Assembly (NCBI GenBank): GCA_013265495.1
Contig: MU057666.1
Span: forward strand, 221,732 to 285,731
DNA length: 64,000 bases
Reading direction: 5' to 3'
DNA from: Vicugna vicugna
Taxonomy: Eukaryota
Shown: positions 12,183 to 28,060 of the stretch, piece by piece
How positions within the stretch are numbered: the first letter of the stretch is position 1
How the letters are laid out: the number at the start of each line of letters is the position of its first letter
Program-made: the position numbers and the translations under genes
The notes under the pieces: model-generated
Databases searched by the model: none
What the model was told of the DNA's origin: nothing
Seen by the model: the letters and a program-made list of their open reading frames with translations, nothing else

Positions 12183-12620
12183 CATGCAGCAATGTGGGTG
12201 GATTTGGAGAGCATCATTTTAAGTGAAATAAGCCAGAAAGAGAAAGAAAAACACCATATATCATTCATATGTGGAATCTAAAAAAAGAAAAAAGAGACAC
12301 AAATGAACTCATCTACAAAACAGAAACAGACTCACAGACTTAGTAAACAATCTTCTATTACTGGTGGTGGGGAAATAGGGGCTGAGACGGGATAAATTCA
12401 GGAGTTTGAGATTTGCAAACATTAACTATATATAAGAATAGATAAAACAAATTTCTGTACAGCACAGGTAATTATACTCAATACCTTCTAATAACCTTTA
12501 ATAAAAAATAATATAAAAATGAATATATGTATGTAATGTATGACTGGGACACTATGCCTTACAGCAGACAGTGACACACTGTAACTGACTATACATCAAT
12601 TAAAACAAAACAAAACAAAG
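12183..12620 (+). mobile_element. L1 3' end fragment
   Basis: gcagcaatgtgggtggatttggagagcatcattttaagtgaaataagccagaaagagaaagaaaaacacc...; (aaaac)n tail. Confidence 0.9.
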
Positions 12621-13649
12621 CAGTGTAAAACTATTGTAAAACAAAAAGTTTAACAAGTATACACACATACAAGTTAAAAAGAATAAACTACATTACCAAA
12701 AATTTCAGATTGGGTTTAGATGGCAGAATTTGAAAAACAAAATGAAACAACCCTTCTCCAGAAAGCTATAAGAAGCATCTATCTAAGGCAGAGATTCAGA
12801 GCAAGATCGACATTTTTGGTTACTGAACAAATTCCCGGTGTGAGCCAGGGCCACAACCACCCTGGGGTCTCACCACAGGCATGGTGTCCCCGGCAGCTGG
12901 GGGAAGGTGAACCCATTTGTCTAATTTGTGGCAATTAGAAGGCCACATCCACCCTTAACATCTCCATCTATATTAGTGGGAGCCCACGTGGATGCCAAAC
13001 GTACTTTATCACCACTTTCCTTGGAGACATGAAAATAACCACCAAGGAGAGGTCAGTGTCTGGAGTCTGGATGTGATGGGATGGAGTGCAAGGATCCAAG
13101 CATCTTCCACCTTCCAAAGTCCACCCGGTGGACCAACTGGAAGACATTACCCCTATTTCTATAAGGACCAAAGCAACAGTGCAGAATTCCAGACTGGAGC
13201 TGAGGAGACTGTACTCAGCTTGGCTGCAGGCCGTCTTTTTATCTATGTTTCGGAAGCAGCCATCCACTCAAAAGTCAAAGCTCTAAGATCAACTGACAGC
13301 TATTCATAACATCTTTTCTAGATGCCCAGTTCCTCACTCAGGGGAGTAATTACATGGTGTAGACTTGAGACCCAGGCCCAGATGTCATAAGGAAGGAGAC
13401 ATCAAGGATGTGTGTCAGTGGGTAGCGAAGCCCAGACCTCATTCACCTCCTGAGAGCTGGAAGGTCCATCCACTGTGGGGGCCTGTCTCCCAAGGCTGGG
13501 GGGCCTTTGAGAGTCCCAGACACCTCGGAAAGGCTATGCTTGTGTACAGGGATAGACAACGAGAATTTAAGGGTCTGGGCAGGTGAGGATCTCATCGGTC
13601 CCAGATTTTTCTTTTCCAAGGTTTTTTTTCTTTTTAAAGTATTTTTCAT

Positions 13650-13656
13650 TACTATT

Positions 13657-13707
<51 letters not shown>

Positions 13708-13815
13708 TTTTGGGGAGGTAATTAGATTTATTTATTTTACTGGAGGTGTTGTGGACTGAACCCAGGACCTTGCTGCATGCTAAGCACCCACTCTACCACT
13801 GTGCTATACCCTCCT
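13650..13815 (-). mobile_element. Vic-1-like SINE with (TTTA)n tail microsatellite
   Basis: ggggaggtaattag...gaacccaggacct..gcatgctaagcac..actctaccactg.gctataccctcc. Confidence 0.9.
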
Positions 13816-15233
13816 ACTTCTTTTCTGAAGTGTCTAATACAGGATCACACTCCTTCCAGAAGCCAACAAATGTCCAAGTGTTTCTCTGACAACTCCTTTC
13901 AGCTGATAAGTGATGAGTTCTGCCCCTCCAGCTTCAAACTCCTGTGGTTCCATGTATTTTTCTACTGTGGAACAGAATATAATTATTTTATTGTATTATA
14001 TTATTGTGCTATATTACATTACCTTATACTGTAATGAGATGTACAAAGATTATTTTATCATCAAGGTTACCCATTTGTAGGTTAATCACCAGTGAACCCA
14101 ACCCATCTTCAGTTATTTTAGACAGAACAATGAAACGTCAGCAAGAAAAGAGTTGCTCAAGAAAATCAATCATCTGAAAGCTAGAATTTTTTAAAAATTA
14201 AAGTGTAGTGATTTACAGGTTTCACTAGTTTCATGTGTATTGCAAAGGGTCCCAGTTATACATATTTATCTCTATTCTTTTTCAGATTCTTTTCCATTAT
14301 TGGTTATCACAAGAGACTGAATACAGTCCCCTGTGCTGTACAAGAGGCCCTTGTTGGTTATGTATTTTAGATATAGCCATGTGCAACTGTTAGTCCCAAA
14401 CACCTAATTTAGGAATTTGGTTCCATAATAATTTTTTGTTCATACAAGACATCCTTGACATTATCTATTTTGTAAAGGAAAAGCTTTTGACAGTTAATCT
14501 TATTTCCTAAAAGGGCAGCAGGACCAGAAGAGACAGCAGCCTCTAAGGAGTCCCCACCACTAATCCGATCAATTCCACAGGGTGGCCCCAGCCCTGCCCT
14601 GGGGCCAGTGACCGAGGGGCTCCTTCAGATCTGGATACACATGGATGAGGCTGTGCTTTATGTGTGTGTTCACAAAAGCCACATGTGAGGGGAACTTTCC
14701 TATATTTAACATTTCAATTTCATGATAAGTGACTACTATTTAAAGGAATATTCCCTAACTTATTTGGTTATAAAACATTCACATGTATTTAGGATGAAGA
14801 TTCAGCTCTCCCTCAGCTGTTCCTGGGGCAAGGCTGCCCTGGACAGCAGCTTCTCAGGGAGCCACACGCCACCTCCCCGCCACCGGTGCTGCAGGTTAAG
14901 GTGGCCATGCGAGTCACAGGGGGCAGGACAATGAGGGCCTGGGAGTCCCCTCTCTCTGGAAAGGGTCTCCTGGGAGCAGAGCAGCAGAAGGAAACCTGGA
15001 AGATGTGGATCCTGACCAGAGGTTGTACCCAGCACACTTTGATTTTTGCAGACACACATGTGAGGTGGCCAGTACCGTGGCACAGCCAGCCTCTACAGGC
15101 CTGGCAGTATGACTGTCATGTCCAGCACAGCGTACAGGGTACACTTGTCTCAGTCATTGCACAACACGACCCTGCCTCTGCCAATATGACAGGGCCCTCG
15201 TGACAAGAGATTGCTTTAAGAAGCAACAGAGCA

Positions 15234-15360
15234 GGAGGAGAGGGGACACCTCAAGTGGTAGAGCATGTTCTTAGCATGCACAGGGTCCTGGGTTCAGTCC
15301 CCAGTACCGCCTCTAAAAATATATAAATAAACCTAATTACCTCCCCACAAATAAACACCA
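15234..15360 (+). mobile_element. Vic-1-like SINE with 16-bp target-site duplication
   Basis: A/B-box head. TSD aagaagcaacagagca at 15218-15233 and 15361-15376, preceded by ttt (L1 endonuclease site). Confidence 0.92.
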
Positions 15361-16940
15361 AAGAAGCAACAGAGCAAAGACCTCCCTATATGGGTCTAGA
15401 AAGGCAACACAATTCCCACTGAAATCCCAATATGCTTTTTTTAACCCATTTGGCAAGCTGATTCTAATCCTTCCAAAGCAGAAACAGGATCCACGAAGTG
15501 GCAGAAGGTGCTTGAAGACATATGGTCAGGAACAAGTCCTGTCAGGCGTCAGGACTGAAGTTAGAGCTACAATGCATGACTATGAGTTGGAAGCCAGGGA
15601 CAGATGCACTGACCAGTGGGACATGAAAGAAAGCCAGGAGACAGAGCAGCATATCCACTGGGAGCTGTAGGGTGACAGAGTAACCCTAGGGACCAGCAAG
15701 GAGAGGCATTGTCCTTCAGCTGCTGGAGGAGGGACAGCTGGTCACCCCCCAGGGAGGGACAAAAAACTCCCTCCACGTCTCATATCGGACACCAAAACCA
15801 ACCCCAGAAGGATTAGAACTGAAATGTAGAAAGCAAAACCTGCAATGTGTAGATGGAAATACACAAGAATATCTCCATGGCTCCTAAGTAGCAAAGGACT
15901 TCTTTTAAGACATACAAAATGTGTTAACCATGAAAAAAAGTGACTATATTCAAAGAGTGTCAGTTTATCAAATACATTGAGTGAAAACTCAAGCCACAAA
16001 TGGGAGAGGTGTGTGCATCAAATGTAACACAGAAGATACACAAATTATAGTAAAATGGACACATGACAAGAAGGGAGCATTTAGCAGCAGGGAAGATGCC
16101 CTGCTCCTCAGTCCTGAGGGAAATGCAGAGTGAAGCCCATGATAGCCCGTGTCACACTCACTAGGCCCTCAGTTCAGAGCTGTCAGCAGACATGACCTAC
16201 AGGGGACAGAGGGACAGGCTAAATGACACCAGAGGCAATCAGTGGAGAAAGCAGGTGTCCCACATGTGATTTCTTAGTGATGGGGGGCTCCTAGTGTCTG
16301 TTTTATCAGTCTCTCTACACAGCAGCGATGGGGCACATGCAGCGATTTAAACGTAAAATAATTGAAATTCAATACAATTTAAAAATCAGTTCTCCTGTCA
16401 CATGGAGCCGCACTTCGAGGGCTCGACAGCCTCAGCTCTGAACTCTCCATCACAGACAGCGCTCCCGGGCAACGGTGCTCTACACATTACGTGTATGTCA
16501 CATACGTTCATTTAGAAGCAGCAATTACTGTATAATAAAACATTCTGATGATGCTCACAGAGTAAACCATTCTTTAACAATGAGCTCCATTTCATACCTG
16601 TTTTTCTTTTTTTAATGATTTTTCAAAATTTCCAATTTTATTTAATAAAATGGGTTTTGAATAGAACAAATAGAAAAAATTCAGTAGTAGTTTTTAGAAA
16701 TATATATAGAGAGAAATATAACATCATATGTAGAGATAAAAATAGCACAGGAACCAAAAGAAATGATGCCATGATTTGTTAAAGCTTAAAAATTCTATTT
16801 CCAAATAGGAAAAAAAAGTTTACTTTTAATTTGAATGTTTTTCTGTTTTTCGATTGTAGGAAACAAATTCAAATTAAAGTCTAAATAGTCAAGAAGAAAA
16901 TACTTGCTCACCTTCCCTGATTAATGATCCCAATAAATCA

Positions 16941-18169
<1,229 letters not shown>

Positions 18170-19637
18170 TCTTCCAAGGAGGCATCGTGTCCAGCAGAGG
18201 TAGGAAAGGTAATTGATAAAACTCACTTCACAGGCACAGAGGGGTGTGCACTTAATCCGATAAAGGACATCCAGGAAAGCCCTGCAGCTAAACTCCTACT
18301 CAGTGGTGACATCCGCACAGCTTCCCCCAGGGCTCCTGAGCAAGACCGCACATCTCCGCTTCTGTCCTGGAGGCCCTGGATGTTGTGATGTGGCAGGAAA
18401 AGACACAAGGCGTGAAGCCTGGACAGAGAGTCAGTGCCCCTGACTCAGTCCTACACTCAGTGCTGACCCAGTCAGAACTCCCCGAGCTGACTCCGGAATG
18501 GGTGATCACACAGAAGATGTGGAAAAGCCAAAACAACCCCGAGAGGGACAAAGTCAGAGACTTAAGAGGTTTCAAATCCCTCACCCCAACAAGTCAGCCC
18601 TGAGTGCTGATCCACAAGGACCCATGTCCCTGACCACCCAAGAGGCCATCCCTTCTTCTCGTGGTCCACCACCCACCCCATCCACCCCCCAGATCTCCAC
18701 ATCACCCAGCATGAGCTCAGACCCTCCCAGAGGGATGTTCCTCCTCATGTGTAGCCCCCCAATGGGCACTAAGGAGCAGGGTGTCCCCAGCAACACAGTG
18801 TCATCTACACAAGGTGCACAAGGTGCCATGGGCCTGGCCACACAGTGGGATGAGGACATGTAGGGAACAGCCCTGATGTCCACAGCTCTGCCCCAGACCA
18901 GCTCTGGATTTGGCCTAAATCTCCGACATATGTCCCCCTCTGGCCAGGATCTGAGCACCACTTTTATGACCCCAGTGTTACCATCTGTTTCTGACAATGG
19001 ACTCAGGCTCCTGAGCCAGGCTCACTGATGGTCCTTCCCCTCCCCAACGGCCGAATGGGTCACCTCGCCATCTCCCAAGACACCAGCAACAGCCCTGGGG
19101 GCTCAGCCTCACCAGACGACTGCCAGTCAGAGCAGTCTCCCATGGGTGGTCCACATTTGGGCCCAAGTCACTTAGCAAGGCAGTCATCCAGCTCTCAGGG
19201 AAGTATTAATGGATATGAGACAAAAGGCAGTTTTGTACAAGACAAGGGTTCCTGCAGTCCAGTTTTATCAAGGACGAGGCTTTCTGAGATCAAGAAAGGC
19301 TGTTTGTGTGGGGACCCCCAAACCAGTGCTGTTCAGGCCATGCAGGTCTGGCACCCTGCAGGGCACCCCTGCCCCAGGGCACTATAGCCAGCCAATCAGT
19401 GTGACAGACGGGCTGCACCCTGCGTGGAGCTGCCCCCAGGCCTGGGCCGGTCAAGCCCAGTGGGTAGCTGGACCTGGCAGCTGAGCTCCCCACCCCTCCC
19501 TAGTCAGTGATGTTCAAGATCCGGATGTTGCAGAAGAGCTGGAGGTGTACAGGGTTCAGAGCCCTGTCACCCCCGCCCCACAACCCCCACACACTCTCCT
19601 GCATGACTGTTCCTGGCTGAAAGGCTGCAGACACTCA

Positions 19638-19952
<315 letters not shown>

Positions 19953-20082
19953 TCATAAAATGCCCTATGATGACCCAGGATTGAGAATCACTGGCTGCAA
20001 AGGAAAGCCCCACTACACTCACCCCAGGAAATGGGTGCAGAATTCCCCCCCCAGGAAGGCCACACACCCGAGGGGCACACAC

Positions 20083-20223
20083 CAGGCTCCTGACCCCCTG
20101 CAGCAGCTCCTCCCTGACCACTGTGATGCTCTGGAAGCCCGCAGTTGGCAGACGATCTGGAAGAGGGGCCCCCACGAAGCTGCGGCAGCTGCCGTAAATG
20201 CCCGAGTAGGCCAGGTTCAAAGG
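20083..20223 (-). pseudogene. CYFIP1: CYFIP1 pseudo-exon (141 nt)
   Basis: ccccag| PLNLAYSGIYGSCRSFVGAP-LPDRLPTA-GFQSITVVREELLQGVRSL |gtgtgt versus [48 protein letters not shown]. Confidence 0.95.
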
Positions 20224-20689
20224 CTGGGGATAGAGAAAGTCAGTGCTTGATGAAGTCTCGGGGAATTCAAAGTAGCCCCTACGTGCATGTGAAGAGGAGG
20301 AACTGCTTGGCAAAGTGCATGAGTACGCAGGGCCCTTGGCTGGAGGGATCTGGAGAACCTGTTAGACCCCCCTTACTGGTATCTATGATTTCAACCTGAA
20401 AACATGAAAACAAACTTGCTAAAACAGAAGGAAAACAAAACCATTTGGTTTTCAACATTTATTAAACTGCTGGTTCTGCAAAAGCATTTTGAGGTCATGC
20501 AAGGAGAAATGAAATTACCTTACAGCCTCCTTGCTGCCCCCATGGAACTCCTCCCAGTCTCCTGGCGAGACATCCAGGACAGACTCTGATGGGGTAGGGG
20601 AGCTGCATTCTCAGGGATGCAGAGTGCGCTAGTAGGAAAGGTAATCAGGGTGGCTTCCTATAAGAGGGGACCTCCAAGCTTGTCTAAGG

Positions 20690-21750
20690 ACATGAGCACA
20701 CATTCAGCATGGAGATTCCTAATGCAAGCATTCAGTGCTAGGCATTTCCCTCACACACTTCTTTAGCTGCACCCTGCACATTTTGATATATTTGCATTTC
20801 ATTTAGTTCAATGTCTTTTTAAAAAATTTCCCTTGAGTCTTCCTCTTACCCAAGGTTTATTTAGAAATGTGTTCATCTGCAAGTGTTTGGAGATTTTCTT
20901 GTCATCTTTTTGTTACTGATTTCTAGTTTGAGTTCACTGTAGTCAGATAATACACTCTGTAATATTTCAATTTTTAAAATTTTGTTGAGGTCTGTTTTAG
21001 GATATGGTTTATCTTGGAGAATGCTCATGGGCACTTAAAAAGAATCTGCGTGCTACTGTTGTTGGGTGAAGTGTTCTGTATATGTCAATAGTATCCTGTT
21101 GGTTGAAGGTGTTTGGCTGACTTTCTGTGCACTCACTCTTTCAATTACTAAGTGAGAGGAAGGCTGACTTCTCCAGTTACAATTGTGCAGTTGTTCATTT
21201 CTCCTTCCACTTACATCAGTTTTTGCTTCAAGTGTTTTGAAACTCTGCTGTTTGGTGCATCAACATTTAGGATTGCTGTATTTTCTTGCTTGACTTTTTT
21301 TTTTTATCATTATGTCATACCCCATCCCTGGTAATATTCTGTGCTCTAAAATCTACTTTATCTTACATTTATACAGTTACTGCTGCTTCCTTCCTTCCTT
21401 ATTTCCATCCATCCTTTCTTTCTTTCTTTATTAGTGGGGAGGTAATTAGATTTATTTATTTGTTTGCTTCTTTATTTAATGGAGGTACTAGGGGTTGAAC
21501 CCAGGGCCTCATGCATGCTCAGCACACACTCTACCACTGAGCTGCACCCTCTCCCCTACTCCTGCTTTCTTTTAACTAATGTCTGCATGATACATCTTTT
21601 CCACCCTTTTATTTCCAACCTATGTGTATTATTAACTTGAAGTGAGCTTCTTATATAGTCATGTTTTTAATCCAGTCTGCCCATCTCTACCTTGTAACTG
21701 TCTTCAGACCACTGGCATTTAATACATTTACACACAACGTGATTACTGGT
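20690..21750 (-). mobile_element. Old L1M ORF2 (endonuclease region) fossil with a Vic-1-like SINE inserted at ~21415-21555
   Basis: Antisense L1 motifs (tgttgttgggtgaagtgttct, gaaactctgctgtttggtgcat); SINE head at 21480-21555. Confidence 0.8.
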
Positions 21751-22029
21751 ATTTAAGTAGGCTCTGCTTCAGTCTTCTTGCGGGTCACTTTAACACATCT
21801 GAGACTCCACTTTGGCTTGCCTGTGGCATTTCTGACAGCACCTCTGGCACAGGTCTGTCGGGGTGCTCCAGCTATTACGTCACACATCATGTAAGTCACC
21901 ACAGTCCGCTGCTATCAGCATGGTACCACTTTAAGTGCAGCGTAGCACTCTGACCTCCATTTAGGTCCCTGTATGTTTCCCCCTTCCCCTTTTATAACTG
22001 CCTTAAATATTTCCTCTACATACACATAG

Positions 22030-22552
22030 AGTCCCATCAGGACAGCAAGGATTATAAAAATTCAGCACAGCAGGCCTGGTTGCTCAGTCCCAAACATGCC
22101 AGCCTGCAACCCCTGGGAACTCAGCCCATGGACTCTTGCCTCTGTTACCGACTGACAGCTGTTTTCTACACCTGGGACACAGCCATGCCATACAAGCTTG
22201 TCTACGTTGTTCACAGAAACAGTGATTGTTTAGGAGCTCCTCTCCTTCTGGGGGTTCCGGGGTTTCAGTGATGTGGGCTGGTCACACAGGTGGCTGTGCC
22301 TCTGCCCCCTAGTGAGAGCCTTGGCCCCAGGTGTTCTGTGGGCTCCTCTTTCCGGGGCAGGAACACTCTGCATCCCTGGTACCATGTGACACCTATGAGG
22401 GACCACGGGATGCCTGCATCCACTTCTGTCACCACCTCTGCATCTTTCCACCTCACTGAGCCTGTTCTGTGTCCATTTGTCATAATAAACTCAGCTGTGA
22501 GTCCGTGTGGAGAATTACCAAATGTACAGGTGGTCCTGGGACTCCCACAACA
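22030..22552 (+). mobile_element. ERVL/MER21-MER77-like LTR fossil
   Basis: aataaa at ~22484 followed by ...gtgagtcc...gtggtcctgggactcc, a 3' end typical of this group. Confidence 0.5.
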
Positions 22553-25053
22553 TGAAGTCTGAGTCTAAACCAATGATCAAATGCCAGGCTGACCACGGTG
22601 GAAACACTGTCAAACACCTGTCCCACACCCACGCCTATGACCCTATTAGATTCATAAGGACCATGTCCTGATCCTGGGCTCAGACACAACCACCTCCCCC
22701 GTCCCTCCTCAAAGCACAACGGTGCTTTCAATGCTGGGATTCTGGGTCAGGTTTTTCTTGATAATAAGTTGTAATGCTTGAAAAGCAAAACCATGAGTGA
22801 AATCAAATTGCCTCGTGTTACAAGTGAGAAAATTCACTCCCAAAGCCACCTTGACTTGCTTGGGACCTGGGGCTCAGTGACACCTAATCCCCACTCCCCT
22901 TGACCAGTTTCTGGCTTCCTGGTGACCTCAGTCACCCCAAGGATGGCACATCCCAGGGACAACACAACCAGAGAGATGTCACTACTGAGAGGGAGGGAAG
23001 GAGGCACCGCCTCTGGAGAGGGTGAAATTCTAAAACGTCTGCTGTAAAACACTCAGACTCTGAGGGGAACCTCCCAGCTCAATTCAAGAAGCAGTGTTGG
23101 CACGCCCAATGTCTCACCCGGAAACCAGAGGACGCGGGCTCCAGACTCACTAGCCACCTGCCCTGGGTTCTCTAACGCCCCGACACTGTGCGTCTTCAAC
23201 TGGGAATTGCGGACACTTACAGGAAAGAGGATCAGTGATCCGCTCAAGAGCGCTCACTCAGAGCGGTGCCACTACCAAGAAGTAACCAGACAACACATAA
23301 GGGGCCCCCAGCTAAGTCGGTTTTATCCCCATGAGACACTAACTCAAGTTCACCACTCCTAACAAAAGAAAGGATCGGGTTCCCGTGTGTCCCACAGCCT
23401 CGCAGGGGCGAGCGCCGCAGCTGCACGGCGCACCTCGCCCGGCGGGGACGGCGCCTTCTCACGAGGAGCACGGCTCAGCTCCACGGCCCCGGGCTGTGGC
23501 ATTCCGCCTCTTTTTGATCCTCAAAACAAGTGTCATGTAAGAGGAACAGTCCACATCAGTGTTGCTCATGCAAACTTGTTAGACTTTTTTGTGAGTCCAA
23601 ACACTCTAACAAACAGTCCTGGTTTAGGTTGTGAGAATACAAATGACACAAATGTAATTTCTCAAACAGGCTGGAATCCTTAAGGTCAAGTTCAGTCACC
23701 ACTGGTTGCTTTAAAAAGAACGATCTGTTCTTTCCTTCCCTCCAGGTGGACACCTGCTTTGCAGGTGGCCTGCAGTGCCACCTGTGGACACGGAGGGTGT
23801 GAAGGGGAACCCCCAGTGCCTCGGGACTGGTGGACTCATGACTTTGTCTCACAGAAGCAGAAACACTGCTGTCTCTGTGTGCAAGCGCTCCTGGAGATGC
23901 TGCCGAGGGGCCCTTCACCCCACGGTGGGCAGCAGCTCTGGGGGGCCTCTCAGAACCACCCCACAGGCCCTCTCCCCAGGATTGCATCCTCCAGAGACCT
24001 GAAGGATGCCAGCCAGAGGCTGTGCAGACCTGGGGAAACCGACCAGCCCATCCTTCCCTGACGGCACCCTCCTCTCAGGACCATTCTGTTTGAAGGCTGA
24101 CTTCTTTGCACCCCATGACCTGTCAGCAGGGTCTGCATGCTCCTTTTCAGTGATGGAGCTGCATCCCCTGGACAGTACCTTGTTCTAGTGCTCTTGGTGG
24201 CCAGTGAGTTTGCCACCATGTTTTTCCTGAGGATGTGGTATATTACACCAGTAACAGATCTTACTTTGTACTTGAGTGAGTTATTTCCTCAGGGGTCTGG
24301 ATTCCCACCAGTGAGAGAGAACATTTAAATACTGGTGAGCGCTGGCAGATGGCTGCCCCGAATCACACGGTCTCACATGCACTCCAGCGGCCACATTTAA
24401 GGCAGTTTTACTCCCCCAGCCTTTTCTGGTCTGAGAGGAAAAATTACTCTCACTGCTATCATATGTTTCTCTTCAATCACTAGTGAGGCTAGAGGTCTAT
24501 TTTTATTTTTCCGCTACATTTTGGGGAAAGGTCTGCTCATTGCATCTGGCTCTTTATTTTACTACAGAATGTCTCTCATCAATTGTAAGAGGGCTTTAAA
24601 TACTCACAATACTAATACTTAATGTCATCCCTGCTGCTGCATACCTGGCCACCTTCAGCCCGGACTCGTGCCTCATCTCAGGAGCCAGTGGGTGTCCTTT
24701 GCCTGCTTGCCTGTGGTCTCTGGGTGTCAGCTGTTTCCCACCTGCCCTCTCCCACCTCATCTCCTCCCTTCAAGATTTCACGCCTGACTGGGCGCCCTAC
24801 CCCCCTGTCACAGATGTGTCCCCAAGCCTCTTTCACACACTTTCTTGGCTTGATGTTCTGAAGTTTTAAATCTGCCAATCATCTCACTTCCATTAGTGCC
24901 GGCGGTGAGGCTGGGTCCACCCACCCCATGGCCAGAAGGCTGCCCCAGCTCATTACTTGTCAGAAAGGGGTGAACAGAAGGGAACTGTAACATTTAATAT
25001 GTGGTGTGATAAGTTTAAATTACTGCAACTAAAATGATTCAAACTAAACTTTA

Positions 25054-25165
<112 letters not shown>

Positions 25166-25769
25166 CTAGACAAGAGAGATGAAAGAAAGAAAGGAAGGAA
25201 GGAAGGGAAGGAAGGAAACCAAAAGTTTAATGGTAGTTCTTTAAAATTCAAAACTTTCCTATCACTCATCAATTAAGCTTCCTCCCAATTAACTGATGTA
25301 ATAATCACACAGGAAAGTTCTGAGACACAAATACTCTAACGTATGAGAAATGTATCCAAAGTCGAGGAACAGAGTGAGAACACCAGGGCCGTCTAGCACG
25401 TAAACAGTCTCCAAAAGTGGCACCAGAACATCTCAAGCCTAATTCAGTCCTTTGACAACTGGGAATGACCAGGCACTCGGGCCTGGCTAATCCTCTGGAC
25501 ATAGCAGTGATGTGGGGACAGGAGCAGGAAGGCAGACTTGGGCAGTGAAGTGGTCACTCAGGTCACTGGTTATGTGCTAGCAGAAGGTGAGTCTATAACC
25601 ACACTTGCTGGGCCAAGAGACTGTGGCTTTGTAATGGATTAGGAGCCACTGAAAATCAAATGCTTGGATTTTAAAGCAGAAATGTCAAAATCTGCTAACA
25701 CTTTCAAATTGGAAGGGTTTGTTTAAACATGTAAAACTTTTGCAAAGAAGCATGATTAAAAAAATATGA

Positions 25770-26495
25770 AAGTAACCCTCCTACACTGTTGGTGGGAATG
25801 TAGTTTGGTGCAACCACTGGAAAATGGTGTGGAGATTCCTTAAAAAACTAAAAATAAAGTTACTACATGATCCAGCAATCCCACTCCTGGGCATATATCT
25901 GGAGAAAACTCTAACTTGAAAAGACACATGCACCCCAGTGTTCATAGCAGCACTATATACAATAGCCAAGACATGGAAGCAACCTAAATGTCCATTGATA
26001 GATGAATAGATAAAGAAGATGAGATATATTTATACAATGGAATACTACTCAGCCATAAAAAAGAATAAAATAATGCCATTTGCAGTAACATGGATGGACC
26101 TAGAGATCATCATTCTAAGTGAAGTCAAGAAAGACAAATGTCACATGATATCACTTATATGTGGAATCTAAAAAAAAGATACAAATGAACTTATATACAA
26201 AACAGAAATAGACTCACACAGACATAGAAAACAAACTGTGGTTACCCAAGGGGAAGTGGGGAGAGGGCCAAATTGGGAGTTTGGGATTAGCAGATACTAA
26301 CTACTGTATGTAAAATAGATAACAAAAAAGCACTACTGTATAATGCAGGGAACTGTATTCATACCTTAGAATAACCTATAGTAGGAAAGAATCTGAAAAA
26401 GAACAGATAAATAAACATATATGTGACTGAGTCACTATGCTGTACAGCTGAAAACTAGCACATTGCAAAACAACTATACATCGATTACAAAAATA
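25770..26495 (+). mobile_element. L1 3' fragment (ORF2 C-terminus and 3'UTR)
   Basis: accctcctacactgttggtgggaatgtagtttggtgca...aatggaatactactcagccataaaaaagaat. Confidence 0.92.
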
Positions 26496-27267
26496 CAGAT
26501 TTGCTCATTACTAAATTCTAAGACCTTGACTAACACATATTTCACTTTTAGAAATTAACCAAGGATGTAACTGTCAAAACGACACCAGCGCACAAAATGA
26601 ACATGTGCATCTGAGGGGAGGACAGCGGCCCGCAGCACTGAGAACATTTGCACAGAAGCAGCATGTTGTTGAGTGGCTGGATTTTGTCCTCATCCTTTAA
26701 AGAGTGTTGAGTGTTTGTGGGCAGATGGCTAAACTGCTTGCAAGTCAGCTGGATCCTTTCATGACCTGTCAGGGTGTGCAGCAGACACTCCCCTAGGGCT
26801 GGTACTAAGACAGGCCCTTCTGGCAACTCTCTTGAGTGCCCGGGTACTCAGTGAGATTTCTCTGTTCTTGCGGGCAAGGCCCAGTGAGCTCTGGGAACTA
26901 GTCCATCTACAGCAGCTCCTCCTCTCCTAGTCTTGTGTATGGAGATTAAAATTCAAGCAAAGACTTAAAAGGGCACCTAGGTTGGTCTCAGGAGCTGTTT
27001 CTCTGTGTACCTCTGTCCTTTCCCATACTCTGCCTTGCAAATTCCAGCTGTTTTGGCTTCCTCAATTTCCAATCTGTCTCCTCCACTGAACAAGATGTCC
27101 AAAGTGCTTCCAGGCAGAAAGCCAGGGAAGTCACAGAGTTCACACCCCTCATTTCCTTTGCCTCAGGGGAACATCCGGTGAAAACAGTTGTTTCATAAAT
27201 TGTGTCCAGGGTCTCACTTTTTTAAGGCAAAAAGAGTAAATCCAAACTTACTCCAATATCCTAAACA

Positions 27268-27395
27268 ACATTTTTTGGGGGTAATTAGGTTTGTTTGCTT
27301 GTTTGTTTGTTTATTTTATGGAGGTCCTGGGATTGAACCCAGGACCTCGGGCATGCTAAGCACAGTCTCTACCACTGACCTATACCCTTCCCCCC
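27268..27395 (-). mobile_element. Vic-1-like SINE
   Basis: gggggtaattagg...gggattgaacccaggacctcgggcatgctaagcac...tatacccttcccc. Confidence 0.9.
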
Positions 27396-27719
27396 AGACA
27401 ACTGTTAAACACCATATTTTGACCATATGTATTTCTAAATCGAAAGACCAAAAAAAATGGAAACAAATACTGAATTCCAGTTAGTAGGTTTGTGTTTTGC
27501 AGTGGGTAGGGTCAGTAATTCTGAAGCTACTTTCTGCACGTCTAGAACTGAGCAAATGAGGGAATGCATCAAGAATGATGAAACAAGAAACCTCAGTGTA
27601 GAAGGAAGTTACAGAAATGGAACTGAAGCCTGCAGTGCTGAGTGGAAACTGATGACCACAGTGTGAATTCATGGCTTCGACAGACAGAAAGCAGGACGGA
27701 AGGAGACGCACATAAACAT

Positions 27720-28060
27720 TAGGGGGTTAGCTGTGTCCCCCAAAACAGAACTTGTAGCCCTAATCACCAGCCTCCCAGAATGTGCTCATTCAGACACAGG
27801 GTTGTTACAGATGTAATTAGTCAAGATGAAGTCATTCTGGAGCAGAGTGGGCCCTTAATCCAATACAACAGGTCTCATGTCCTCACTGGAAGAGGACAGA
27901 GACACAGAAGGAAATCACCATGTACCGACAGAGACAGAGACAGAGACAGGCTGGAGTGATGTGGTTGCAGGCCAGGGACCGCTGGCCACACCACAAGTCA
28001 AGTCAAGAGAAGTCCTTTCCCAGAATCCCAGAGGGGCCAGAGGTGAGGACACACCTAACA
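27720..28060 (+). mobile_element. MLT1B/C-like MaLR LTR
   Basis: tgtgtcccccaaaa...cagatgtaattagt.aagatga.gtcat.ctggag.ag.gtgggcccttaatccaata. Confidence 0.8.

Noticed and set aside
12968..13309. Overlapping ORFs as a further gene fragment
   Set aside because: No recognisable homology or convincing splice sites; lies within a CYFIP1 intron.
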